This document shows positions 36,200-48,925 of a DNA stretch of 50,734 bases, piece after piece. A program made the translations under genes and the position numbers. The notes below the pieces were generated by a model that worked only from the letters and a program-made list of their open reading frames with translations, was not told the DNA's origin and ran no database searches. Positions within the stretch are counted from its first letter, which is position 1. Each line of letters opens with the position of its first letter. Origin of the DNA: Octopus bimaculoides. Lineage: Eukaryota. The stretch is taken from positions 14,576,869 through 14,627,602 of the forward strand of contig NC_068996.1 of NCBI RefSeq assembly GCF_001194135.2, in the 5' to 3' direction.

Positions 36200-37379
36200 C
36201 ATATATTTTCTAGCTAAATCCACGTAGTCTACTGATATTAACCCTCTTTCACCTTCCTTTCTAAGTAAGCATAATTTTACTACTTCTGCCTTTGGGTGGA
36301 GTCCTCCATTCATATTGAATTCCTTCCTAGTTCTTCTGTCTAGCTTTTCTAATTCAGTTTTTGTCCAATCGACAAAAGCTACCGAGTATCTAAGTAATGA
36401 TACAGCCCAAGTATTTACAGCCTTCACTAGATTCGGACCATTTATCTTTGACTTCATTAGCTTCCTCATCCGATTTAGTACTCTGTCAGATTCTAATACA
36501 CCTAAATTTTTATAACTTTCTTCCTTTCCATGATTTTAATATCTGGCCATCTGGTAATTGGATGCCTTCGCTGTTGACTACCTGTCCCCTTCTCATGACT
36601 AATATTGCACACTTATCTATGCCAAATTCCAAGGCTATATATTTACTGAAGTGGCTTACAGTCTGTATTAAGGAATCCATCTCTTTTTCATTCTTCAGAT
36701 CGTCCATGTAGAGTAAATGATTAATTTTTCCATTACTATTTCTGAGCTGCTACCCTACCTTTGCCTTCCTTAATATTAAACTGAGGAGGATCAAACATAA
36801 GACAGATATTAAAAGGGATAACGAGTTCCTCCGGAAAATTCCTCTTTTGATATTAACTTTCCCTAAGAGTGTGTCATCTAAGTAGATATCTACTTTCCAT
36901 TTCTTCATGTTTAAAGCTAATTAATTCTCTTATGTTGTCTCCTATCCTAAATATACTCACACATTCACTTATCCATGAGGGTGGAATCATATCAGGCTTT
37001 CCTATAATCTATCCATTAGATTTTATATCTAGATTTTACTTCATTTAGTACTGCTTTGTCTATATATAATAGATCATGCGTTCTTCTAGCCTTCTTCCAG
37101 TAACCTTTATGTTCTTCTGGTAGTAAATTCTGGTTGCAAAGATACTTAGATGTAACATTTCAGAAAAATTACACAGAATTGGGATCAAATGTGTAAATAT
37201 CATTTAGTGACCAGCAGAAACCTTACTCACTCTATCTGCTTGTCTGGAAGTATTCTTGTTAGTAGCTTCCACACTAATGCAAGTGATTGGTCCATAGTTG
37301 CTAGAGGTATTACCCTTGCTCTTATCCTTCATAATGAGTACTGTCCTCCCTCTAGTTATCCAATCTGGTACTATTCTTC

Positions 37380-37380
<1 letters not shown>
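36200..37380 (-). pseudogene. Decayed RT region of an R4/Dong-like LINE
   Basis: GRTVLIMKDKSKGN, NYGPITC, LPEEHKG, WIDYRKA, HLLYMDDLK, EFGIDKC, VNTWAVSLLRYS, GLHPKAEVVKL, KEGERGLI. Confidence 0.92.
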
Positions 37381-37469
<89 letters not shown>

Positions 37470-37474
37470 CAGCA

Positions 37475-37520
<46 letters not shown>

Positions 37521-37529
37521 TAGTAGTAT
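37381..37529. repeat. (ATT)n(AGT)n(AGC)n compound microsatellite between two LINE pieces
   Basis: Directly visible. Confidence 0.95.
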
Positions 37530-38312
37530 TTGATGAAAACTCACAGCTTATTTTGTGGGTATCATGGAAAGTGTCAAGGTGACACTTGTTAAGTGGTCAT
37601 TTTTCAAGACCCCTGCGAAGATTTCTTGCAGTTCCAAGCAATGCTGATTTTTATAGGTGTTCTACCTTTAAATTTGTACCAATATTTTTCAGCGATGTTG
37701 GTATTTGAATGCTGATACTTCCAAGTGCGCCAATTACTACTGGTATCACCTCTACTCTCTTCATTAACCACAACCTTCGTATTTCACACTTCAAATCGTT
37801 ATAGCTGTTCAGTTTTTCTTTGATTTTGTTGTCACCAGGACATGCTATGTTGATTATCATGCATGTCCTTTTTTTTTTCTTTTTCACCACAACAATGTCC
37901 CGTCTCCTATGTCTGGTCAGGTGATCACACTGAATCATTGAATGCCACAGGATTTTGTAATCTTCATTCTCGGTGACTACTTCTGGGCTTTGCTCAGACT
38001 ACATCTGTGCTCCTTGTAGGCCGTGATTTCCACACATTCTTGCCACATTGTCATGTTGTCTTTTGTATTCGCAAACAATGTGTCATACCGTTTCACTCCT
38101 CTCACCGCACATTCTGCATTTCTTGCCGTCGGAAGTGTTGTCGATTCTGTACTTCAAATACTTAGTCCTTAACACCAGTTCTTGAGCGGCACATATAAGT
38201 TCTTCTGTCTCTATTTTCACCCCACACTTCCTCATCCATAGCCACCAATTGTCTATAACTGTATTGGTGTTCGTATCTCTGACAAACTGACCAAACATTT
38301 TTCTCCTTCTAT
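37530..38312 (-). pseudogene. R4/Dong-like LINE C-terminal part (CCHC + RLE) with 3' end
   Basis: ETEELICAAQELVLRTKY, CRMCGERSETV, RRRDIVVV..CMIINIACP, VIPVVIGALG, KSALLGTA; ends in (TAC)n on the minus strand. Confidence 0.9.
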
Positions 38313-38624
38313 GCTGTGTCTTCTTCCTCCTCCTCCTCCTCCTCCTCCTCCTNNNNNNNNNNNNNNNNNNNNNNNNNNNNNNNNNNNNNNNNNNNNNNNN
38401 NNNNNNNNNNNNNNNNNNNNNNNNNNNNNNNNNNNNNNNNNNNNNNNNNNNNNNNNNNNNNNNNNNNNNNNNNNNNNNNNNNNNNNNNNNNNNNNNNNNN
38501 NNNNNNNNNNNNNNNNNNNNNNNNNNNNNNNNNNNNNNNNNNNNNNNNNNNNNNNNNNNNNNNNNNNNNNNNNNNNNNNNNNNNNNNNNNNNNNNNNNCT
38601 CCTCCTCCTCCTCCTCCTTCTTCT

Positions 38625-39560
38625 TATTATTATTTACTTTTAATCTGCATGTTTGTTACAATCAGTTGCCGAGACACACCCAGCGTCCTAGTGTGAGTGA
38701 AGGATAAGAGATGTCACAGTATGACTGAAAGCTTGTGTAAGGGGAAGTGGTGGGGGGCAGTAGTGAAATATCATCAAGTAATACAACACAGACATCTAAA
38801 TTGATAGGGGTTTTCTAAGGATGAGGGCAGTACATGTCAGCACAATCTTTTGGATTTCTCTGAGATATCATGTAGATGTTCCTGACATCCCTTTCTTATT
38901 ATACCTAGGGCACTTACAATAGCAGGAACAGTTCTTGTTTTAAGATGCCACATCTTTTGTATTTCAATTTCCAAGTCCTCATATTTACTTAATTTGTCAA
39001 ATTCCTTTACAAATATATTTTTTCTCAGCGGGAACACTTACATCTATTAGTCTACAAGTATTTTCTTCCCCGTATTTAATAACTATGTCTGGTCGATTAG
39101 CCTAGATCTTCTGTCGGTGTTGACTGGAAAATCCCAGAGGATTGTGATATTTTACCTTCAACGACCGCTTATTTTGTAGTGTTTATAAATTTTCCAATGT
39201 AAACACTGTCCTATCCTATCGTGGCGATTTTTGTATTCGTTTGGTATCAGCACAGGACATCCCGAGACGAGATGGTCCATTGTTTCATCGAATTTATCGC
39301 AGAATCTGCATTTAGGATCAGAACTGGTTTGAAGAATGTTAGCCTGATAGCTTTTGGTAAGTGGTTTTGGTCTTGTGCCGCTAATATGAAACCTTCAGTC
39401 TCTGCTTTCAGTCCTAAGCTTCTCAGCCACTGATGGGTTGTTGCTTGGTGTACATTACCATTTCGGCTTCGAAGTATATACTGTTCATGCAGAGGTTCCT
39501 GGCTCCACTGCTTGGCTTTCCTGCTCCTTTATAGCGGGTTAGATGTCCGATTATGGACAC
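38625..39560 (-). pseudogene. Second R4/Dong-like C-terminal fragment with 3'UTR and (TAA)n end
   Basis: LKAETEGFILAAQDQ, CRFCDKFDETMDHLVSGC, HDRIGQCLHW, NRPDIVIK, KLSKYEDLEIEIQKMW. Confidence 0.9.
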
Positions 39561-40740
39561 CTCTCTTATGTGTTTAAGATGTACACTGCATATATATANN
39601 NNNNNNNNNNNNNNNNNNNNNNNNNNNNNNNNNNNNNNNNNNNNNNNNNNNNNNNNNNNNNNNNNNNNNNNNNNNNNNNNNNNNNNNNNNNNNNNNNNNN
39701 NNNNNNNNNNNNNNNNNNNNNNNNNNNNNNNNNNNNNNNNNNNNNNNNNNNNNNNNNNNNNNNNNNNNNNNNNNNNNNNNNNNNNNNNNNNNNNNNNNNN
39801 NNNNNNNNNNNNNNNNNNNNNNNNNNNNNNNNNNNNNNNNNNNNNNNNNNNNNNNNNNNNNNNNNNNNNNNNNNNNNNNNNNNNNNNNNNNNNNNNNNNN
39901 NNNNNNNNNNNNNNNNNNNNNNNNNNNNNNNNNNNNNNNNNNNNNNNNNNNNNNNNNNNNNNNNNNNNNNNNNNNNNNNNNNNNNNNNNNNNNNNNNNNN
40001 NNNNNNNNNNNNNNNNNNNNNNNNNNNNNNNNNNNNNNNNNNNNNNNNNNNNNNNNNNNNNNNNNNNNNNNNNNNNNNNNNNNNNNNNNNNNNNNNNNNN
40101 NNNNNNNNNNNNNNNNNNNNNNNNNNNNNNNNNNNNNNNNNNNNNNNNNNNNNNNNNNNNNNNNNNNNNNNNNNNNNNNNNNNNNNNNNNNNNNNNNNNN
40201 NNNNNNNNNNNNNNNNNNNNNNNNNNNNNNNNNNNNNNNNNNNNNNNNNNNNNNNNNNNNNNNNNNNNNNNNNNNNNNNNNNNNNNNNNNNNNNNNNNNN
40301 NNNNNNNNNNNNNNNNNNNNNATTATTTATTTATGTGTTTCAGCCAAGTGGCTGTGGTCATGCTGGTGCACCACCGTGGCATTTATATATATAATTGCAT
40401 AATATTTTTATTTGTGTTGTTAAATGTTTTAATTCGGTCTGTTTTCCTCGCATACTGTTTTTATCTGTTATATTGGTATGCTACGGTGGATTATTTAAGA
40501 CTTGGCTCTTATTTCTAGCAGGTAGATGCTCATTAAGCATCATTACGATATTTCATAGCTTGATAAAGCTATCATAACTGCGTTCCATCAATGCTACTAC
40601 TGGCGATATCATCAAATTTTGAATTTATCCACAGATGATATGAACAGTAGTGACATCTAACTTCAAATCTCAGTGTTTGAATATTTCATTTATATATATA
40701 TATATATATTATAATATTAGGGACAAAATCCAAAATTACA

Positions 40741-40904
40741 CGATGAACTTCGTTCAGTTTCTGTCTACCAAATCCACTTACAAGGCTTTGGTCGGCCCGA
40801 GGGTACAGTAGAAGACAATTACCCAATGTGCTACGTAGTTGGACTGAACCCGGAACCATGTGGTTGGGAAGCAAGCTTCTTACCACACACCCACTATTGC
40901 GCCT
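40741..40904 (-). mobile_element. Family-A SINE 5' half
   Basis: GGACTGAACCCGGAACCATGTGGTTGGGAAGCAAGCTTCTTACCACAC...GCGCC. Confidence 0.85.
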
Positions 40905-41079
40905 AAAAAAGAATGTTCTAATTCAGGAGATCTTTTGATGGAATATTAGTAATTATTGTTCGAATACTTGATGGTAAGCTGTGATATCGAACCTCCGCCT
41001 TCTTATCCAGCCACTCCTTACTTCCTAACTCCAACACTGTCATCATTGATGCACCTAACTGCACCCAATACCACCGCCA

Positions 41080-41611
41080 TCACCACGAAATTTCTTTGCC
41101 GACATCGCCAACATCATCCTCACCACCAGTGCCACATTTCCCATTACTAATACCATGACCACCATGACCACCATCACTACCACGAACACCACATCTACTA
41201 AAGTCACCCCCCCCCACCACCACCACCACCACCACCACCAGCGCAAAAGCCAACATTACCACTACCACCATCACCATCGCCACTGCAAAAGCCACCGCCA
41301 ACATCACCACAAAAACCATTACCAGCATCTCCATCATTACGACAATTAATGTCACTAAGATAATTGTAATTATCTTAATATAGCAACCGTCACAAAATAC
41401 TACTACTACTACTACGACGACGACCAGGGAGGAAACTATTCCCATCAACATCTGCACCAACGTATCCATTACCATTGCCGCCAACATAACCACTACGATC
41501 TTTGTACTTAACTGCTTTAGCTATATACTCTTACACCGATGTCAGTTACTGCACCCAACACCCTCCTATCACACCTCACAAATGTCTACCACCACCACCA
41601 CCACCACCATT

Positions 41612-41661
<50 letters not shown>

Positions 41662-41785
41662 TAATGTCGGCCATTTTGCACCAAACCCCACCTGTTCTCA
41701 GGACTTCATTCAATATTTGTCGCCAACGATTCCAATACCAATTCCGCTGGAACACGACAATCGCCACAGCAAAATCCAAACATCT

Positions 41786-41819
<34 letters not shown>

Positions 41820-42053
41820 GACACCACCACCACTGCCAACACCAACACCACTAATACTACTACTACTGCTGGTGCTGCTGCTGCTGCTGCTGCTACTACT
41901 ACTGACATCACCACCGCCACCACCGCCACCACAACCACCGCCGCCGCCACCACTACTACTGCTACTACTACTACTACTATGCTGCTACTACAACTACTAC
42001 TACTATGCTGCTGCTGCTGCTGTTACTACTACTACTACTACTACTACTGGTGG

Positions 42054-42084
<31 letters not shown>

Positions 42085-42250
42085 ATCAAAGTCTGCACCA
42101 TCAACACCAACAACAAACGCAAAGTGAAGTAAAAGTGGAAGACAACGACGGCCACGACCATCACCAACGCCGCCCAGTCACCCACCCCACCGTCTCTATC
42201 ACCGCCATCTTCCAAGTACCTCTATTTCGCTTCTTCACGCTTCTCTTAGC
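41080..42250. repeat. Mosaic trinucleotide low-complexity tract (CAC/CAT/TAC/TGC)
   Basis: Directly visible; explains the low-complexity ORFs. Confidence 0.9.
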
Positions 42251-43175
42251 TTAATTATACCATTTACCATTCCATACAGAATTTTTTCTTCCCTGTAATA
42301 ATCACTTAATCTCGTTTGGCGTCACTGTGCTATGAAGCGTGACAGACTGCATATACTCTCAGAAATCTATGCCATGCCAACCACCACCACCACCAGCACC
42401 ACCACTATCACCATAACTAACATATTTAGGTCCCTCCCCCTCTCTATGAAACATCGCCTTAACGTCTCTTCCCACTACCCGCTCATACGCTTCTTCCGCA
42501 GACAAATGTTAATTTTTTTAATTATTTTGTTATTTATTTTTATTTAGCAGTTCTTAGGACCACATCGTCGGTGAAAACAAAAGAAAACAAAAAATAAAAA
42601 TAAATAAATAATAAAGAGTAAAAAAAAAAAACAAAAAAAAAACAAGCTAATATATGAATAAATAAGAATCCATTTTAATTTCTTGCTTACATAAGTCACA
42701 GATTTCTTGCATAAGTCACAAAGAATCTTTGCTTGCGCTATGAAGAAAGAAGAATCGAGATTCTGGAGTTTACGAATTTATGAAAGAAAGTGTGTTTGTG
42801 TTGGGTGGAAAATTAAGGAAAAGAACGATAACAACACGAGAGATAAAGAGCTACTCGCAGATATTGAAACCACGACATAGCAGTTTGTTTAATGCGAGAT
42901 AACTTCCATATTACTTACGCGTGTGTGTGCATGTTTGTGTTTGTATACGCGCGTACACACGTGCAAGTGCGCATGCGTATCTGTAGGTGTGCGTGCGCGT
43001 CTGTGTTCGTTTCTTCGGTTCGTTTCTCGTAGACTGTTATTCCGACGTTTGCCCGACGTGTAGTCGCTTCCTCAGACAAGAAGAAAAATCACATATAAAC
43101 AAGCACATACATAATTGTCTTAAAATCGTGACTTACAAGAGAGTACAATGTAGTACTCGCTTATTGTTTTAGGTA

Positions 43176-43737
43176 TTGTAATGCCTCGATATATGAGTTA
43201 ATTTCCACCCGGAGACCACTCATAAAGCGAAAACTCGTAAAGCAGAGCAATAATTTCACATAGCGGTAATGTTATAAATCGTAATCCGTTCTCAGAAAAA
43301 TATTTTAGCTAGGAAATTTATAAAATTCGTAAATAAATGGCAATAGAACAACAGTAGAATGTAAAGAATATTTTATGTAAAGTTAAAAGAGTGTCAAGAT
43401 CATTTATAACAAAAAGTATTATTATTATTAAGATCGTTTTCTGAATCACTTTCACTTGTCTAGACTTGAGCACACCATCACTTGTAAATGCGATCGCCGA
43501 TTCACAAGCATCCATAGATTTCTTGTAGATTTCTTTTCAAAAAACAGTATATGGTTGTTTGCTTAAATGAAACATTTTTTTCACTCTATAAATTTCTCAG
43601 TAACACGCAGAAGCATTTGTTAAGGTAGTTGAAACTTTTGCACTTCGTTCAAAATGTAGATCGTTATATTTATTATAAATAAAACTTGTAAACCCAGGGT
43701 CTCGTAAATCGGGTCCTCGTAAAGTGAAGTATTACTG
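43176..43737 (-). mobile_element. pogo/Tigger-like non-autonomous element
   Basis: Degenerate TIRs TTGTAATGCCTCGATATATGAG and (reverse complement) CAGTAATACTTCACTTTACGAG. Minus-strand KQTTIYCFLKR resembles pogo-type C-termini. Confidence 0.55.
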
Positions 43738-43799
43738 TCCTAATATATTTGCGAGCAAGCATAGACACCGTCTTCACCCTCTCATTTTTGACCCAACGG

Positions 43800-44000
43800 G
43801 TCATCGCGAATGTGTTAGCCGTTAGGAGATGGGCTTGAGAGAAAGAGTTGCATCAGAAGTTCTCAGCTGATACCATTTACCACTGAGAAGACAGGAGCAA
43901 TGTAAAAGTGCAGTCGCCTTGCTCAAAGACATAACATTCAACCAGATTCAGGAATCGAACACATGACCTTATGATCATGAGCCCAGCATCCTATCCACAA
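43800..44000 (-). mobile_element. Degenerate family-D SINE
   Basis: Minus strand GTGTTCGATTCC (B box)...TCTTTGAGCAAGGC...ACATTGCTCC. Confidence 0.55.
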
Positions 44001-45558
44001 ATCCGCAGACATTATGTATGTATTTTTATATGCAGAAACGCGTTTGTGTTTACTGGACACAAAGACAGTATATTATGTGATGTCCATAACATTGCAAAGG
44101 GCATTACGATGGTAAGTGGAGTGACATGGCTTAATCCGGGGATTAAAACTACATTACGATCTTAGATTGCTATAGGCTTACCCCTTGCTCTATAACGTTC
44201 TACTTACGCATACGCAAACACACGTACAGAATTACACTAACACACAGAGACACAAATGTCCGCGCATGCATGCGTTCTTATCTTACAAAGACAATGGGGA
44301 GTTATACTGGGTGCTTTTCTATTATTCATTCTTTATGAGTAATATCTAGCCTTCATCTAAAATATTTTGGGGTCAGCAGAAAGATCACTAATTCGGTCTG
44401 TTTCGGGTCTTATTATGCTTAGAGTAAGAATTAAGCGTAAAGATACGTGGCCTGTTAGAAAGGGTGTTGGCCTCGAGACAGTAAGGTCGTATGTTCGAAT
44501 CCTGGATCAGTTGGTGCGCTGCGTACTTATTTCATTCCATCTCAATTCAGTTAACTCGACTGAAAATAAATACCTGCCTAATGTTAGTATAATGGAGCAA
44601 CTTTTTCTCGTTCCAGCAGTCATATACTCGCTTTTCTGTTGGGTTAAGAGTGGGAGTTGGGTTACGAGGGTGAACATATCTGCTCGTAGATGCATCGGTA
44701 CCAAAAAACAATTTATGAAAGCATGGTTCAAGCAACCGTATACTCGCATGCGAATGTATGTATACATTGTATGTATGTACATTATGCATGCATGTATGTA
44801 TGTATGTATGTATGCATGTATATATGCGTGTATGAATGTATTGTATGTGTCATATACAAATACATGCACACATATTCACACACTCGCACGCACGCACACA
44901 GAAATATTCGTGTATTGTAGTTTGGAATCAGTAGTTCTTTGACTGCTATTTCTAAATTTTCAGTATGTTGGAGAAGCAACTCAATTGCTAATCCCTGTAT
45001 ATTTATAATGATAAATAGTCTTACCGATAAAGGTTTTTTTCATACTGAACTACTTGGCAGAATTGTTAATTATTAATTCTATTATTAATTGACGATTCTC
45101 TGCCCTTATTCTTGTATATTTTATATTTGATATCTCTAAGTTAGATGGCTAAACCGTAACCAGTTCGACACGGAACTTTTTTTCATNNNNNNNNNNNNNN
45201 NNNNNNNNNNNNNNNNNNNNNNNNNNNNNNNNNNNNNNNNNNNNNNNNNNNNNNNNNNNNNNNNNNNNNNNNNNNNNNNNNNNNNNNNNNNNNNNNNNNN
45301 NNNNNNNNNNNNNNNNNNNNNNNNNNNNNNNNNNNNNNNNNNNNNNNNNNNNNNNNNNNNNNNNNNNNNNNNNNNNNNNNNNNNNNNNNNNNNNNNNNNN
45401 NNNNNNNNNNNNNNNNNNNNNNNNNNNNNNNNNNNNNNNNNNNNNNNNNNNNNNNNNNNGAAATATTCGTGTATTGTAGTTTGGAATCAGTAGTTCTTTG
45501 ACTGCTATTTCTAAATTTTCAGTATGTTGGAGAAGCAACTCAATTGCTAATCCCTGTA

Positions 45559-45592
<34 letters not shown>

Positions 45593-45598
<6 letters not shown>

Positions 45599-46490
45599 TG
45601 ATCTGATCAATAAATATCAGGACTGTTGCCACAGTAACGAAGCTAAAGCACGGAGAGTAAAGCTGCTCGGCACAAATTTACTTTGAACTCTGTTGTGCAT
45701 GCGCACTAAGTTTTAACGTTCTAGCTTACTTCCGCTGTTTATAACAGTGCTTGGAAGGAAGGCGTGTAGTGTGTGATTGTTGCATTGACATTGACAGAGA
45801 AAGTTGAGCAGAGAATCCGCATCAAATTTTGTCAAAAGCTTAGCGATACCTGCTCAGAGGCCTACACAACTTTTTCAAAACGTTTTCATCGTTCTCGACA
45901 CAATCAAGGAGAACTTGTGCAACTGAAACCCGAGTTTGTTTTTGGTCAGCTGAAACAGTTTTAGCAGAAACTTAGCAGACACGCGTCTCATACCCAAATT
46001 TTTAGTGATAATGGACTGAACTGAACCGTAACTAATCTGCACATCCTTTTGATAATTCACAGATGGTGATTTGACGATTGCCCTACTCAGCTGCACGTAT
46101 ATCTGCGATGTGTTTCTCATTTCTGCTGGTTGCGGGTCTCTCAGAACATTCGTCAATATCGACATTTTCGGCCATCTTGGAAACGTCTGAACCACCCGTG
46201 CACTTGTGTGTGAATCATACACTCGCTTCCATACACTTTCTGCAACTTTGAATAAGTCTCTGAGCAGGTGCGCCATGACAACTTTCTCTGTCGTTGTCAA
46301 TGCGACGATCACACGCTACACACCGTTCTTCCAAGCACTGCTGTAAACAGCGTAAGGGAACTAGGATGCTTAAACTAAGTGCGCATGCACAACAGAGTTC
46401 AAGGTCAATCTTTGCCAAGCGGCTTTACTCTGAAAGCTTTAACTTCGTTACTATGGCAACAGCCATGATACTTATTGATTAGACCTCGTA
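45593..46490. mobile_element. Head-to-head palindromic mariner derivative made of two left ends
   Basis: Both ends carry TIR + 5'UTR + transposase N-terminus (TEKVEQRIRIKFCQKL on plus; ...ISYGSVQSIITKNLGMRRVSAKF on minus), flanked by (TA)n. Confidence 0.85.
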
Positions 46491-46574
46491 TATATATAAT
46501 ATATATTCACATATGTATACATATATTTGCATGTATGGGGAACAGGTTTTTTTTTTTTAGAAATATTGTAATTA

Positions 46575-46870
46575 AACGCAACTACATGCAACTACATAAG
46601 CAATATGGAGGTATGGCAAAGAACGAACCAAGTTCCGATTAGAGAACAAATATTTAAGAGAAAGTGAAAGTGGATTGGCAGCACAATTAGAAAAGACACA
46701 CCAAATGCAGCGAAAAGTGCTTTACAGTGGAATCCGGATGGATATAGAAAGAGGGGTAGGCCTAAGAACTTGTGGCGTAGATCAACACAAAAGGAACTAG
46801 AGAAAGGGGGACATTCATGGCAGAGTATAAATACAGAAGCGAGATATTATGGAGGGTTAAAGGCAAGAAA
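46575..46870 (+). mobile_element. RTE-clade LINE C-terminal fragment
   Basis: ISNMEVWQRTNQVPI...KWIG...ALQWNPDGYRKRGRPKNLWRRS. Confidence 0.8.
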
Positions 46871-47294
46871 GAAAACATGCTAGATATATCATTTCAAATC
46901 AACTTTTTAATTCTTAAGTTGTCACCTCTTGTCTTTGGAACTCATTCACAAAATATGATACAGTACTTTATTATTTGCAACAGTGTATTTTCAAGCAATA
47001 TTTTTATTGTTTGAAACGGTAAACTTCCAAAATACAACATCAATGGTTCTTGACCCTGGTAGTTTTATTGTTAAGATGAAGTGATGCTGTTACGTATTGC
47101 TGCTTTTTTGTACTTGGCATACACAAGTCATTGGTGTAGACGTTTTCCGCAGAAATTGAGTTTTCTCCTTCAGCTTTGTACGCCATCAATCATGGATTTC
47201 TTTTTAGTTGGGTCCAGTATATGAATGTGTGTTCATTTTAGCATTGTGCTAGGTTATTAATATTGCCCCCATTATTAATACATTTTTGGGGATG

Positions 47295-47914
47295 ACTGAA
47301 CATGCTCATTGTTCTACTTCTCCAACTGTGCGGTACCATGTCATATGCGTTTTTTGTAATCTAGCCCTGCTACATTCAACCCCCGTCAATCTGCGTCTAC
47401 AATTTCTAATTATCATTTTATCAATTACAGTAGCATTTTGTTGTCCTACTCTGTTTCCTGCATCCTTTCTTTTCTTGATTATATAACTTTTCTGCCAAGA
47501 CACCGATCATAAGCTTCCACATAAGTACTTAACAAGTTATAGGTCGAAAAGTTGATACCAAGTTACCTTTCAAGGCACCCTTCACACATAATAGCGTTCG
47601 TCCACTTGTCATCCGGGTAGGGACGTTTCCTGTTGCAGGCAATCTTCCAGTTGCTCAGCGATCGTTTCATTCAACTGTATAAAGTTCTTTAGCCAATAGG
47701 CAAGTACTTCATCCGGGCCATGTCATTTGCTATTTTTAAAAACTTTACTCTCATTGACTATATGACGTCAATGCCAACGTCCTTTTGTCTTGGCACAGTT
47801 GCAAGTTATCCTTCTACCCGTGTTAGCCATTCTGCACTTTCTTTATATCTCATTGGCTTGTTCATAAGTTATCCCAAATACTTTACTGTCTTCCGCGTCA
47901 GGAATCAGTCCCAG
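47295..47914 (-). pseudogene. Decayed RT N-terminal region of an R4/Dong-like LINE
   Basis: GPDEVLAYWLKNF, SGRTLLCVKG, FRPITC, WKLMIGVLAEK, EKKGCRK, IDKMIIRNC, YDMVPHSW. Confidence 0.85.
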
Positions 47915-47929
47915 ATTATTATTATTTTA

Positions 47930-47944
<15 letters not shown>

Positions 47945-47960
<16 letters not shown>

Positions 47961-48145
47961 GAGAGAGTGATTGAGAGGGCAGCGGAAGCTATCAAAATGA
48001 CACTGGGGTACAAATGTACGAAACCCAATATAACCATCATGACTACCCGTCTGATAAGGGTACACCAGGCACATACATCACAACCACATATGCGCAACAT
48101 GGTGATCTTATATAAATATATACAGTGCATGACCTTGCAGGTTGG
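47945..48145 (-). mobile_element. Family-E SINE-like repeat with (AAT)n tail; may extend to ~48490
   Basis: Homologous to 4035-4207. Confidence 0.75.
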
Positions 48146-48540
48146 GCCCAGTTAGAATTGAGTAACCCATCCCGCTCAAAAGGTTCCTGAACAAGAGTTG
48201 TTTGAGGATGTTGAAAAAAAATTCATGTTTTTAGATGTGTATTGTTCATACCCCAAAGAATTCCTTTCAACACATGACTATGATGCCCCCCCCCACCACT
48301 ACTTCTGCTCGTGATCAGAGATGCACATATCATCAGCCACTAAGGGACATCCTCAACTGGTTAATGTCAAACAACTGACAAGCAAATCTGTGGTATTGAG
48401 CAGAATATTTGCTGGAGCCCATCTTTACACCAAGACAAAACAATGTACATGATAACACTTCCAATCAGTTACAATCAGAAGCGATGAGAGCCACTACCTT
48501 ATTATATAATGAGAGCCACTACCTTATTATATAATGGTTA

Positions 48541-48709
48541 ACGTCTTTACATTCTGAGTTCAAATGGCACCGAGGTTAACTTTACCTTTCGTCCCTCGAG
48601 TTCGATAAAATAAGTACCAATTAAGTACTGAAGCCAATGTAATCGTCTAGCTCTAGTTCCCTCATACCGAAATTCCAGGCTTTGTGTCTATAGTAGAAAG
48701 GATTATTAT
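48541..48709 (+). mobile_element. 5'-truncated family-B SINE
   Basis: TTCTGAGTTCAAAT...GATAAAATAAGTACCAATT...CTATAGTAGAAAGGATTATTATT. Confidence 0.75.
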
Positions 48710-48714
48710 TTGTT

Positions 48715-48925
48715 AAGACGCTGAGCCAGTAGAATCATTAGCACACGGGGCTAAATGCTTTTCGTCTGCGTTTACGATTTGAGTTCAAATTCCTTCGAAG
48801 TCGTCTTTGCCTTTTGTACATACGGAACCGACAAATATGTGCCATAGAGCACTGAAGCCGATATAATCGACTGACAACTCTTCCGAAATCGCTGGTCTTG
48901 TACCGAAAATATAAGCTATTATTAT
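48715..48925 (+). mobile_element. Degenerate family-B SINE in tandem with the previous copy
   Basis: GAGCCAGTAGAATCATTAGCAC...TTGAGTTCAAATTCC. Confidence 0.6.

Noticed and set aside
41502-42254. 250-aa ORF with poly-P/S/T/A/C/Y runs
   Set aside because: Mosaic trinucleotide repeats are open in several frames on both strands; no domain or splice context
47040-47290. Possible CR1/L2-like C-terminal relic on the minus strand
   Set aside because: Only a vague ILDPTKK..IDGVQ resemblance; insufficient
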